Counted from the stretch's first letter, positions 28,903 through 38,705 are shown. The stretch: DNA of 64,000 nt from Candidatus Zixiibacteriota bacterium (GCA_030615745.1 JAUWYR010000005.1:5703-69702); one strand, 5' to 3'. Program-made: numbers and translations. The notes: generated by a model from the sequence alone, not told the origin.

Positions 28903-28967
28903 GGCTGACGGGTCCCTTGACCCGTCAGCATAAAAGTTTTTTCGCCAGGTCAGGGGACCTGTCGAGC
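28903..28967. repeat. Two-hairpin GC-rich REP module (family C)
   Basis: ggctgacgggtcccttgacccgtcagc + ccaggtcaggggacctgtcgagc. Related modules lie at 31665-31695 and 55036-55107. Confidence 0.65.
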
Positions 28968-28992
28968 ACTTTAAAAAAAGCTTCGTTAGTGC

Positions 28993-29080
28993 GCGGGAAT
29001 TGGCCTGCCAGGGATTTCCCGCATTGTATATTAGGCTCGGGAATTCCCCGGAACGGGTCTTGACGACAATTCCTGAGCCA
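28993..29080. repeat. REP/MITE-like repeat family B copy 3
   Basis: gggaattggcctgccagggatttcccg...gggaattccccggaacgggtcttgacgacaattcctgagccaac. Confidence 0.7.
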
Positions 29081-29135
29081 ACGAAAGAGTTTGACAAATA
29101 AATTTTTTTAACTATTTTAACCAAAAAGGAAAAAA

Positions 29136-30485
29136 ATGAACAAAACAGACCCACAGATATTTAAAGCCTATGACATAAGAGGGATATACCCTGACCAACT
29201 TAATGAAGAAGTTTCCTACAAAATTGGAAAAGCCTTTGTTCAGTATCTAAAGCCAAAAAATGTTGCGGTGGGAAGGGATATGAGGTTATCCTCGGATGTT
29301 TTGTGGAAAAGCCTCACAAAAGGGATAATAGAATCCGGATGCGATGTGATAGATTTGGGCTTGTGCTCCACTGATGGATTATATTTTGCGGTTGGTAAAT
29401 TCGGATACGATTCGGGCATTATGATAACTGCTTCTCACAATCCACCCCAATACAATGGAATGAAGATGTGCACAAAAAAAGCTTTTCCTTTGAGCGGGGA
29501 TGTGGGGCTCGATAAGATAAAAGAGTTGGTTTTAAAAGGTGAACTCAAAAAGAAAAAAATAAAAAGAAAAGGAAGGCTCATAAAAAAAGATATAACCAAA
29601 GGCTATACCGAGCATGTCTTATCCTTTATAAACCCAAAAAAAATCAAGCCTTTTAAAATAGTTATAGATGCTGGTAATGGGATTGCTGGAAAGATAATAC
29701 CGGATGTATTTTCCCATCTTCGGTGTAAGGTTGTTCCAATGTTTTTCGAATTGGATGGCTCATTTCCCCATCATCTTCCCAGCCCGATCGAGCCTGAAAA
29801 TATAAAATCTCTTCAGAAGAAAGTCCTTGAAAAAAAAGCTGATTTGGGGGCAGCTTTCGATGGGGATGCGGACAGGATGTTTTTAGTGGACCAGAAAGCT
29901 AAAAGGATTGGAGGGGATATGGTAACAGCTCTGGTTGCTAAAAACCTTTTAAAAAAAGAAAAGGGCGCAACTATTCTTTATAATCTGATCTGTTCAAAAA
30001 CTGTTCCTCAGGTTATAAAAAAAAGCGGGGGAATTCCGAAAAGAACAAAAGTTGGACACGCCTTGATAAAGCCTTTGATGAAAAAATATAATGCAATCTT
30101 TGGGGGGGAGCATTCCGGTCATTTTTATTTTAAAAGAAACTGGTTTGCTGATTCAGGACTTATTGCTTTGCTTATCTGTTTAGAACTTCTCTCAGAAGAG
30201 GAAAAGCCTCTATCTTTTTTAATAGACTCAATTGACCGGTATTATCGCTCCGGGGAGCTCAATTTTAAGGTGGATGATATTCCCAGGAAATTAAAAGAGA
30301 TAGAAAAACACTTTTCTTCTGCAAAAGTAGACCACTTAGATGGTCTTACTGTCGAATACAAAGATTGGTGGTTCAATCTTCGCCCCTCTAACACAGAGCC
30401 ACTGGTAAGACTTAACATAGAGGCACAAAGCAAAAAGCTTTTAAAAGAGAAAAAAGAAAAACTTTCAAAGCTTATAAGAGATTAA
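29136..30485 (+). CDS. Phosphoglucomutase/phosphomannomutase (alpha-D-phosphohexomutase family)
   Basis: Active-site TASHNPPQYNGMK and four-domain PGM/PMM architecture. Confidence 0.85.
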   Translation: MNKTDPQIFKAYDIRGIYPDQLNEEVSYKIGKAFVQYLKPKNVAVGRDMRLSSDVLWKSLTKGIIESGCDVIDLGLCSTDGLYFAVGKFGYDSGIMITASHNPPQYNGMKMCTKKAFPLSGDVGLDKIKELVLKGELKKKKIKRKGRLIKKDITKGYTEHVLSFINPKKIKPFKIVIDAGNGIAGKIIPDVFSHLRCKVVPMFFELDGSFPHHLPSPIEPENIKSLQKKVLEKKADLGAAFDGDADRMFLVDQKAKRIGGDMVTALVAKNLLKKEKGATILYNLICSKTVPQVIKKSGGIPKRTKVGHALIKPLMKKYNAIFGGEHSGHFYFKRNWFADSGLIALLICLELLSEEEKPLSFLIDSIDRYYRSGELNFKVDDIPRKLKEIEKHFSSAKVDHLDGLTVEYKDWWFNLRPSNTEPLVRLNIEAQSKKLLKEKKEKLSKLIRD

Positions 30486-30582
30486 TCCTCCCATTATTTT
30501 TCCTCAAGTAATTAAAAAAAATCTCGATAATTACAAATAGAGTTGAAATTTTAATAGGTTTTCTTTAACTGGGGAGAAAAAG

Positions 30583-31356
30583 ATGCAACAGGTGACCAGA
30601 GTTCTAATCGTGGATGATGAGGACAGAATCAGGGAGCTTTTAACAGATACACTCTCAGCTTTAGGATATCATACCTTCTCAACTAAGGACGGAAAGGATG
30701 CTCTATCCTTTTTAAAAAGACAGAACATAGATTTGGTTATAGCTGATATAAGGATGCCCAAGCTCGATGGGATCTCACTTTTGAAATTGATAAAGAAAGA
30801 AAAGCCCGATCTCCCGGTTTTAATTATCACCGGATATGACTTCAACTATGCCATGGACAAAGCCTTAGAAGGAGGAGCAGATGGCTTTTTAGCCAAGCCT
30901 TTCAGAATCGGGAAGATTGAAGAGTTGATGAAAAACGTTCTCGGAATAGGGGCCGAGCCTCTTGAAAAGACAAAACCTCCTAAAAAGGTTCTGGTGGCTG
31001 AGGATGACCCCATATTGAGAAAGATGTTTGTTGAGACTTTATCCTCCTTGGATTATCTTTCAACCGGAGTTGAAAATGGAGAAAAAGCCTTGGACATTTT
31101 ATCCTCCAAAAAATTTGACCTTCTGATAACTGATATAAAGATGCCAAAAATGGATGGTATATCTTTAGTCAAGACATTAAAAAAGAAGAAAAGCAAAATC
31201 CTGGTGATAATGGTAACCGGATATCCTAAGGATTATCCACCTCAGAAAGTCTTAGCAGAGGGGGCGGATGGATATTTAGCCAAGCCCTTCCGTGTTGAGA
31301 AGATCGATGAGTTGATGAGAGACCTTTTGGAGGAAAAAGAGGAAGTTAGAAATTAA
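30583..31356 (+). CDS. Tandem-receiver (REC-REC) response regulator without output domain
   Basis: Two CheY-like domains (VLIVDDEDRIRELL...ADIRMPKLDG and VLVAEDDPILRKMF...TDIKMPKMDG). Confidence 0.8.
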   Translation: MQQVTRVLIVDDEDRIRELLTDTLSALGYHTFSTKDGKDALSFLKRQNIDLVIADIRMPKLDGISLLKLIKKEKPDLPVLIITGYDFNYAMDKALEGGADGFLAKPFRIGKIEELMKNVLGIGAEPLEKTKPPKKVLVAEDDPILRKMFVETLSSLDYLSTGVENGEKALDILSSKKFDLLITDIKMPKMDGISLVKTLKKKKSKILVIMVTGYPKDYPPQKVLAEGADGYLAKPFRVEKIDELMRDLLEEKEEVRN

Positions 31357-31494
31357 CCTCTAATTTGAAGTAAAAAGTATCCAATAAAAGAGGGTATATC
31401 CCTCTTTTTTTATTTTTGGATAAAGAGATAATGATAGCGTCGGGCTTTGCGAAGCTCGAAGAGTCCTTCGGGCATGCCCGACGGAAAAAAGGAG

Positions 31495-31573
31495 TGCGAA
31501 AACAAGTTTTCGCAAAGTAGGGGAGCCCCTTGTGGGCTCCCGAAGGACGGGAGGGGATGAACCCCTCCCCTAC
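31495..31573. repeat. REP-like family D copy 2
   Basis: tgcgaaaacaagttttcgcaaagtaggggagccccttgtgggctcccgaaggacgggaggggatgaacccctcccctac. Confidence 0.7.
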
Positions 31574-31714
31574 GCAGAGACATACACGTCTGGGATGAAC
31601 CCAGACGCTACAAGAGAAAATAGGAGGTTTAAAGATGAGCAAAATAAAGATTATCAAATCTAAATGTGGTGGACAGGTCCCCTGACCTGTCCACATAAGT
31701 TGCTTTCTTATGTT

Positions 31715-31795
31715 GGTGCAGGAATTGTCTCAAGACCCGTTCCGGGGATTTCCTGCACTTTGCTACGGTTGGGGAATTCCCCCGCTTTTCAGTGG
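31715..31795. repeat. REP/MITE-like repeat family B copy 4 (inverted)
   Basis: Reverse complement matches ...gtgcaggaaatccccggaacgggtcttgagacaattcctgcaccaac. Confidence 0.7.
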
Positions 31796-32549
31796 GATCT
31801 TTATGACAATTCCCTAACTAACAAAAAAATGGGTTTTGAATTGGTAGCCGCAACCTTCAGGTTGCGTAAGGAATCTCATTTTCGCAGGCTAAAGCCTGCG
31901 GCTACCGTCTATCATCCTTAACATTTTTCCGCGTTTTTAATGCGGTGGATTTTAAATAGTATCCTTTCCGTTCCATCGGAATGTTATCATCCCGAAATTC
32001 CAATTTCTACAAAATAAGTGCCTGATTTTGTGTCGTCAAAAGTTACCTCCCGACAGGAATATGTGTCGGGAGGAAACTCCTGACACCACCTAAATTATAG
32101 CTATTTTTTTCTTGACAAATAGGGTTTTAAGGTTAATATATAAGAAAGATTTCATAATAAATACTTTGATTTGACTCTTTTTAGAAAACAGCAAGTTTGT
32201 ATCAGAATTTGAGGTCTTGGTTTTTCTGTTTTTGATTGTCCTCAAAGGATTGGGGAGATAAAAGGGGCAAATTAAAAAACAGAGGGGGAAGTTCTTTTAA
32301 CCTCTGACCCGATGTGGGGAGGTGAGGCTTATTTTATAACCTTTTTTTGTCTGATATTGCAAGGGAAAAATTCTTAGGTTGTTTCTGCATTTTTAATGCA
32401 GAAAAATTTAACTTGCCGAATTACAAATTCGGCAACAACAGGGAATTTCAAGTTCGGCAGCAACGAGAAAGCGGCAGCAACAGGATTTTTCAAGGGGCAA
32501 TTGTTAACTAAAATTTCTTTAACCCTTCTGAAAAGAAAGGAGCAAGCGA

Positions 32550-34115
32550 ATGAAATCGCAAAGAGTTTTGGTTTTAGTGGGGCTAAGTTTCATCTTTTTG
32601 TTTTCATCTTTGATTTTTGCAGATGTGCCCCAGATGATTAACTATCAGGGGAAGATAACCGACCCCCAAGGGGCGTTGATTGACACCATAGTTGCGATGA
32701 CATTTAGCATCTATTCAAGCAGCATTGCGGGAGTTCCCTTATGGACAGAGACTCAAGCTTCGGTTGTGATCGAAAAAGGGATTTTTAGTGTGCTGTTAGG
32801 GAGTGTAAATCCTATTCCGGACTCTGTTTTCGACGGGACAGTTCAGTATTTGGGGGTTAAGGTTGGTGGGGACTCTGAGATGATTCCGAGAAAGGCGATA
32901 GTCAGTGTGGGTAATGCTTTTCGCTCAGCCAAGGCTGATACCGCTGAGTATGCCCTCTCTGCTACTCCTGATGATGACTGGGACATAGACACATCAGGTT
33001 TTAACATCTACCGCCTAACCGGTAATGTAGGTATCGGATCATCGATTCCACCACAATACAAATTAGACGTAGGAGGAACAGCCCAGATGACAGGCTTTAA
33101 GATGCTGACTGGTGCTTCTAATGGCTACGTTTTGACCTCAGATGGTTCAGGAATGGGAACCTGGCAGTCAGCTGCTGGAGGTGATAATGACTGGACCTTC
33201 AGAATAACTGATACCGCTGACACCACCCTTATGACCGGCGGTGCCTGGGGAATTGCCCGATACGGCAACACCCTTTACGGCAATGCGGATTCCACCCATG
33301 TGAACCTTGGGGTTGCCTGCACCACAGGAACCAGTGGGCAAAACTATAAATACTGCACTGTGGGAGGTGGATATTCCAACACCGCCAGCGGCGTGTATGC
33401 AACCGTAGGAGGTGGAGAAAGGAACACCGCCAGCGGACAGGATGCAACCGTAGGAGGCGGATATTCCGACACCGCCAGCTACTATTATGCAACCGTAGGT
33501 GGTGGACGTTACAACACTGCCAGCGGGATTTCTTCAACCGTAGGAGGTGGAGAGAACAACACCGCCAGCGGGGCGAGTGCAACCGTAGGAGGTGGAACTT
33601 ACAACACCGCCAGCGGCAAACGTGCAACCGTAGGAGGAGGATGTTACAACACCGTCAGCGGGTGGGAGGCCACCGTGGGAGGAGGATGTTACAACACCGC
33701 CAGCGACATTCGTGCAACCGTAGGAGGTGGATGGAGAAACACCGCCAGCGGGTATATTGCAACCGTACCTGGGGGTTATGCAGATACTGCTGCTGGTGAC
33801 TACTCACTGGCCGCCGGAAGCGAAGTAGTGGTTTCCTCTGACGCTGATTATACTTTTGCTTTTGGAAGAGATTTCACGACTTCGACTCCTAATGCGGTCA
33901 TCTTCCACAACACGCATAACCCTATCAAGGTCGGCATCGGGACGGCGAGCCCTCAGGGAGCTTTGGATGTGAATTCGACCACAGGAGCACTCATCGTCCC
34001 AAGAATGACCACAGCCCAGAGGAACGCCTTAACTGCAGTGAATGGTATGATTATCTATAATACCACAACCAATCAGTTCAATTTTTATGAAAACGGAGCC
34101 TGGGTTACAAAATGA
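32550..34115 (+). CDS. Secreted protein with nine 20-aa tandem repeats (ATVGGGxxNTASGxx), tail-fibre/adhesin-head-like
   Basis: Signal peptide. Nine or more consecutive 60-bp repeats (33355-33790) encode xATVGGG(E/Y/R/T..)NTASG(x3). Conserved C-terminal module ...GALIVPRMTTAQRNAL..NGMIIYNTTTNQFNFYENGAW. Confidence 0.6.
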   Translation: MKSQRVLVLVGLSFIFLFSSLIFADVPQMINYQGKITDPQGALIDTIVAMTFSIYSSSIAGVPLWTETQASVVIEKGIFSVLLGSVNPIPDSVFDGTVQYLGVKVGGDSEMIPRKAIVSVGNAFRSAKADTAEYALSATPDDDWDIDTSGFNIYRLTGNVGIGSSIPPQYKLDVGGTAQMTGFKMLTGASNGYVLTSDGSGMGTWQSAAGGDNDWTFRITDTADTTLMTGGAWGIARYGNTLYGNADSTHVNLGVACTTGTSGQNYKYCTVGGGYSNTASGVYATVGGGERNTASGQDATVGGGYSDTASYYYATVGGGRYNTASGISSTVGGGENNTASGASATVGGGTYNTASGKRATVGGGCYNTVSGWEATVGGGCYNTASDIRATVGGGWRNTASGYIATVPGGYADTAAGDYSLAAGSEVVVSSDADYTFAFGRDFTTSTPNAVIFHNTHNPIKVGIGTASPQGALDVNSTTGALIVPRMTTAQRNALTAVNGMIIYNTTTNQFNFYENGAWVTK

Positions 34116-34277
34116 AGAACGCGTAGCAGAGCCTTTATGGCTCTGTGCGGAGGGATAAACCCTCCCTGGCCGGGCAGGCCGCTACGCGGAGATAAATGTA
34201 GCGTCGGGCTTTATGCCCGACGAATTAAACCGTCTGGGATGAACCCAGACGCTACAAAAGAAAATAGGAGGTAAAAA

Positions 34278-34748
34278 ATGAGTAAATCTAAACTTATTAA
34301 ATTGGCAGTATTTTTCTCGGTGGTCTCTCTTTTCGTTCCCTTAATCTTTTACGCCACTCCTCAGGCTCAGAACTTCAAATTGGTAACCGATGTCTTGGAT
34401 GAGTTCGGAGGAAGGGCAAGCTCAACCAATTACTTATTAAGGGTCTCAACCGGTGGTCAGTCATCTGCTGGTGGGAAGATGCAAAGCACAAATTATCAAG
34501 CCAGTTCTGGATATGCCCATTCAGCCTGGGTCTGGCATGGTGATACAAACGGAAATGGGTATATCAACCTTGGTGATGTGATCTACTTAGCCAACTATCT
34601 CATGAAGGGAGGACCTGAACCCCAACCTATGGAGGCAGGTGCTGTCAATGACATCACTACTGTTTGTGATAACATCATAAATTTGGCTGACATCATCTAT
34701 TTAGCCAACTACCTTATCAAAGGTGGTCCACCACCGTGTAACTTGTAG
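34278..34748 (+). CDS. Small secreted protein with two dockerin-like Ca-binding repeats
   Basis: Signal peptide, then [27 protein letters not shown] and [30 protein letters not shown] (dockerin type-I-like duplicated segments). Confidence 0.55.
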   Translation: MSKSKLIKLAVFFSVVSLFVPLIFYATPQAQNFKLVTDVLDEFGGRASSTNYLLRVSTGGQSSAGGKMQSTNYQASSGYAHSAWVWHGDTNGNGYINLGDVIYLANYLMKGGPEPQPMEAGAVNDITTVCDNIINLADIIYLANYLIKGGPPPCNL

Positions 34749-34797
34749 AAGTTTAATTTTGCGCTGTCGGGAGGTAACTCCCGACAGCGATTAAAAA

Positions 34798-34848
34798 GGA
34801 GTGCGAAAACTTGTTTTCGCAAAGTAGGGGAGCCCCTCGTGGGCTCCC
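34798..34848. repeat. REP-like family D copy 3 (truncated half-element)
   Basis: ggagtgcgaaaacttgttttcgcaaagtaggggagcccctcgtgggctccc. Confidence 0.65.
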
Positions 34849-34857
34849 TAAAACAGT

Positions 34858-35229
34858 TCACTCTTTTAAAAGCAAAGCCACCGCAATTGCATAATCATAG
34901 GTATGGGAAAGACTGATAATTATTTTGCCTTTTCCAATTCTTTTTTGAATTTTATCTGAAATTTTCAACTCTGGTTTCCCGCTTCTCGTTTTTATAACCT
35001 CAAAATCTTTCCAGACAACACCTTGAGAAAGGCCTGTACCTAAAGCTTTCATCGCCGCCTCTTTAGCACAGAATCTTCCAGCAAAAAAAATCTCAGGGAA
35101 ACTCTTTTCATCACAATAACTTACCTCAGATGTGGAAAAAACCCGTTTTTTAAATCTATTCCCCCACTTCTGGATAGCCTTTTTAATCCTTTTTGTCTCA
35201 ATTATATCTACCCCTAAAGAATCCACCAT
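34858..35229 (-). CDS. acpS: Holo-[acyl-carrier-protein] synthase (4'-phosphopantetheinyl transferase)
   Basis: GVDIIETKRIKKAI N-terminus and EAAMKALGTG motifs of AcpS; about 123 aa. Confidence 0.8.
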   Translation of the reverse strand: MVDSLGVDIIETKRIKKAIQKWGNRFKKRVFSTSEVSYCDEKSFPEIFFAGRFCAKEAAMKALGTGLSQGVVWKDFEVIKTRSGKPELKISDKIQKRIGKGKIIISLSHTYDYAIAVALLLKE

Positions 35230-35640
35230 AAAAATTTTTAAAAAAACACTTGCTTTTTTAATTTTTTTGTTTTACTTATTTATATGGAAAGGGTTGTTTT
35301 GAAAAACCTTTAACACCTAACAAATGAAGGTCGCCCCTGGATGTTGAGCGTACGCGATGATCCCTTCTTGGAGGAGCGAAAGCAAAAGACGACCCAGTGG
35401 CTGTAAAAACCCTTTAATGTGTTAGACCGTGAGTGTTTCTTCAAAACCTCAGCCCTTTCCTTTTTATTTTCTCCCAAAAATTGGTAAACTCTATCCAACA
35501 CCTTGCCATCCTTTTCTACCCTAAAAACAATTCCTGTTGGAAAATTTTTTTCCATCTCTATTAAAGTTCAAAGAAAATATTTCCAACCCCCCGCCTCTGG
35601 CGGGGGGATTGGAAATAACATCCCCCCTCCCCACTCCTTT

Positions 35641-37848
35641 CTAACATTTGGAATACCCACAGCTTCTACACACCACACAACCACCATCATATTCCAATTT
35701 AGCTCCGCAATCAGGACAATGCTCAAAATACAAATCTTTAAATGAATTCAGGTTTTTCCCCTCTCCGAAATGCTTATTTAAAACCTTGGCAATTGCATCC
35801 GGAATTGACATAATAAGCCCTCCCTCCTGAAACACAGGCGAAGCCCCTCCAATCCCGATCAACTGATCTATGATTTTATCCACTCCAATTCCTGACCTTA
35901 ACCCCAAGGAGGCAAGCCGACATATCGCCTCTGTATCCGCCATTGTTGAATAGCCAGATTTACCTATCTGAGCAAAGACCTCAAACGGTTTACCATTTAA
36001 AGTGTTCACCGTGACATAAAGATTTCCATAACCTGTTTTTATCTTCTCCGTAATTCCGCTTAATGTTGAAGGTCGCTCCATAGGAGTTATCTTCAATTCC
36101 GCAACGGTTTTTCTCACTGACAAAACTTGCTCTGTTCGACTTTTATCCCTGTAGATAGTTATACCCTTACACCCGAGCTTATAAGCTAACTTGTAAGTCC
36201 TATCAACGTCCTCAACTTTTGCATAACTGGGCAAATTTATAGTCTTGGATACAGCATTATCAGTATATTTCTGAAAGACTCCTTGCATTTTAATATGCCA
36301 CTCAGGCGCCACATCAAAAGAAGTCACATAAATTTTTTTAATGTCTTCAGGAATCTCATCAAACTCTTTCAAGGAGTTTTTCTCAGCAATCCTTTCTAAA
36401 AGTTTTTTGGTCAAAAATCCTTTTTCCCTACCCTGATTTTCAAAATAGGGATTAACTTCAGTCAATTCAGTCTGATCCATAACATTTCTAACATAACAGA
36501 TTGCAAAAATAGGTTCGATACCAGATGAACAGGATGCTATTATACTTATAGTCCCAGTAGGAGCAATAGTGGTGACGGTGGCATTGCGCATTGGAATATT
36601 TTTATCATAATAGATGCTTTTGCTCCAGTTAGGAAAGTTGCCTCTTTTTTTAGCTAATTCAGAGGATATCAGGTGTGACTTCTCCTGAATAAATCTCATA
36701 ACTTTTTCCCCTAAATCCACAGCCTCTAAAGAATCGTAAGAAATCCGAAGTTGGACTAAAAGGTCAGCCCAACCCATAACTCCCAGACCTATCTTCCTGT
36801 TCTTTTTTGTATTCTCCTCTATCTGTGAAAGCGGATATTTGTTTACATCGATGACATTATCGAGAAAGCGAACTGCGATTTTTGTAACCCTTTCGAGCTT
36901 ATCCCAGTCAATTTCAAAAGAATCACCAATTTTTCTGACCATCTTCGACAGATTGATAGAACCCAGATTACAGCTCTCATAGGGGAGAAGAGGTTGCTCA
37001 CCGCAGGGATTGGTCGCCTCAAATAGCCCTACCTTTGTTATTGGGTTTTTTCCATTCATCTGATCAATAAACATCACTCCGGGCTCACCTGTTTTCCAGG
37101 CTTGCTTTATAATCAGGTCAAAAATCTCCTTAGCCTTTAATCTAACTGGATTGCCATTCTTATAATAAATGTTTTGGGTTCGCGGGTCTATAAGGTCGTA
37201 ATATTCATCATTTTCTGCTTTCCTCATAAAATCGTCAGTCAACGCCACTGATATATTAAAGTTATTCAGCTCGGATAGATCTTCTTTTGAGGAGATGAAC
37301 TCCAATATATCAGGATGATCCACCCTTAAAACACCCATATTTGCTCCCCTTCTTGTTCCTCCTTGTTTAACAGCCTCAGTAGCAGCATTTATCACCTTCA
37401 TAAAAGATATAGGACCAGATGCAACCCCTGAAGTTGAGGCAACAACTGAGTTTTTGGGCCTCAATTTTGAAAAGGAAAAGCCTGTCCCCCCTCCTGATTT
37501 ATGGATCAAAGCTGTATTTTTAACCGCATCAAAGATCGACTCCATGGAATCCTCAATTGGCAGGACAAAGCATGCGGAGAGTTGACCTAAGGGTCTTCCA
37601 GAATTCATAAGGGTAGGAGAGTTGGGTAAAAACTCCAAGTTCGACATAACATCGTAGAATTCTTTAGCTTTGTTTTCTACCTCATCATCAGTTGCCTCAT
37701 AATTTTTTTCAGCACCCGCTATCGCCTTTGCCACTCTCTGAAAAAGCTCCTCTGGAGTCTCTATGACCTTTCCCTGGTTATCTTTTATCAAATATCTTCT
37801 CTCTAAAACTTTGATTGCGTTTTCAGATAATTTCAATTGTGTATTCAT
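35641..37848 (-). CDS. nrdJ: Ribonucleoside-diphosphate/triphosphate reductase, class II (adenosylcobalamin-dependent)
   Basis: 735 aa. Monomeric class II RNR collinearity (NPCGEQPL active-site Cys region) and a C-terminal CPDCG...CVVCRSCG zinc ribbon. Confidence 0.9.
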   Translation of the reverse strand: MNTQLKLSENAIKVLERRYLIKDNQGKVIETPEELFQRVAKAIAGAEKNYEATDDEVENKAKEFYDVMSNLEFLPNSPTLMNSGRPLGQLSACFVLPIEDSMESIFDAVKNTALIHKSGGGTGFSFSKLRPKNSVVASTSGVASGPISFMKVINAATEAVKQGGTRRGANMGVLRVDHPDILEFISSKEDLSELNNFNISVALTDDFMRKAENDEYYDLIDPRTQNIYYKNGNPVRLKAKEIFDLIIKQAWKTGEPGVMFIDQMNGKNPITKVGLFEATNPCGEQPLLPYESCNLGSINLSKMVRKIGDSFEIDWDKLERVTKIAVRFLDNVIDVNKYPLSQIEENTKKNRKIGLGVMGWADLLVQLRISYDSLEAVDLGEKVMRFIQEKSHLISSELAKKRGNFPNWSKSIYYDKNIPMRNATVTTIAPTGTISIIASCSSGIEPIFAICYVRNVMDQTELTEVNPYFENQGREKGFLTKKLLERIAEKNSLKEFDEIPEDIKKIYVTSFDVAPEWHIKMQGVFQKYTDNAVSKTINLPSYAKVEDVDRTYKLAYKLGCKGITIYRDKSRTEQVLSVRKTVAELKITPMERPSTLSGITEKIKTGYGNLYVTVNTLNGKPFEVFAQIGKSGYSTMADTEAICRLASLGLRSGIGVDKIIDQLIGIGGASPVFQEGGLIMSIPDAIAKVLNKHFGEGKNLNSFKDLYFEHCPDCGAKLEYDGGCVVCRSCGYSKC

Positions 37849-37861
37849 CTTTTATCTTTTT

Positions 37862-38518
37862 TTAAGAATCTTTTCTTTTTATCGCAATTTTATTTTTTTC
37901 ATCTATAGCAAAATCCCAGAAAACAAAAGGTGCTTTTGTTTTTAATATTTTAAGCATCTCCAGGCACACAGCCCTTATCTCCCAGTGCGCTTTTGAGCTA
38001 CATCTAACCTCGAATATATGTCTGAACTCTCTGAAGTTCGCAGATAAAACGATCTCTGATACAGTAGCATTTGGCAATATGTATCTGGCATCCTCTTTTG
38101 GAATTTTAGCTTTCACCATCTCCTGATAGAATTTTTCAGCCTCATATGCAGTTCTTTTGAATTCATCGACAAAATTGGAGTTTTCAACACTCGGAGGGAT
38201 TACGAACTCAAATTCTTTTGTCGCACCTTCTTTGAGTTTCCCGTATTCAACATATCTCTGGCTTTCCTGGGAAGGGGAGATAAGTCTGTGTCTGACCATC
38301 TCATGGGTGAATACCCGGGAACCCCCTTTGATCCTGAACGTGGCGAAAGCGTGTTCTAAAACAGAGTGATGTCCTTTTTTTATAACCTTTTTTATAAGCT
38401 CTTCGGTCGATTTAGGGGGGTCATATCTATGGAAACTGAGATAACATGTTCTACAGGCTCTTTCAATGACGTCCTGTGCATTGGGAGTTATAGCCATAAG
38501 TTCTACTTTCAAAGACAC
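37862..38518 (-). CDS. thyX: Flavin-dependent thymidylate synthase
   Basis: ThyX signature RHRLISPSQESQRY (RHRx7-8S motif). Confidence 0.9.
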   Translation of the reverse strand: MSLKVELMAITPNAQDVIERACRTCYLSFHRYDPPKSTEELIKKVIKKGHHSVLEHAFATFRIKGGSRVFTHEMVRHRLISPSQESQRYVEYGKLKEGATKEFEFVIPPSVENSNFVDEFKRTAYEAEKFYQEMVKAKIPKEDARYILPNATVSEIVLSANFREFRHIFEVRCSSKAHWEIRAVCLEMLKILKTKAPFVFWDFAIDEKNKIAIKRKDS

Positions 38519-38670
38519 AAATACCAGCTCCTCTCAAAAATAGATTCCCCCTCTAACCTGTTGGAATATTTAGAATTAAAGCAGAATCAAATTAAATCTT
38601 CTGCCTCTTATCTTTTTTTTATCGCTGAAACTTAAATTATAAAATAAAAAATTGTTTGTCAAGGAAAAAA

Positions 38671-38705
38671 TGCGAATTTTTGCAAAAAAATCACAATATG
38701 TTGTG
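38671..38705. promoter_or_regulatory. Candidate tandem NrdR-box-like palindromes upstream of thyX-nrdJ
   Basis: Perfect palindrome CACAATATGTTGTG at 38692-38705 and imperfect TGCGAATTTTTGCA at 38671-38684, about 21 bp apart centre to centre (roughly two helical turns), about 150 bp upstream of thyX. Confidence 0.3.

Noticed and set aside
28813-29154. ORF-track CDS of 113 aa
   Set aside because: It lies entirely within the REP family B and C repeat cluster, has no protein-like composition, and has no RBS. Judged spurious.
31346-31696. ORF-track CDS of 116 aa (and the overlapping 31664..31921 ORF)
   Set aside because: Both are translations of GC-rich REP family C, D and B elements on either strand. 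No coding signature.
35300-35460. Possible cobalamin riboswitch near the B12-dependent nrdJ (a GCCACTG B12-box-like heptamer is present on the minus strand)
   Set aside because: The heptamer lies in the wrong order relative to the other conserved riboswitch blocks (GGTG…AA…TCC is absent). Its position does not make it the 5' leader of an expected target gene. B12 riboswitches normally control B12-independent genes, not nrdJ.
35310-35555. 81-aa ORF between acpS and nrdJ
   Set aside because: The N-terminal half looks protein-like, but the C-terminal half has random-like composition and there is no recognisable family. Left uncalled; it could be a short gene with a wrong stop or a noncoding region.
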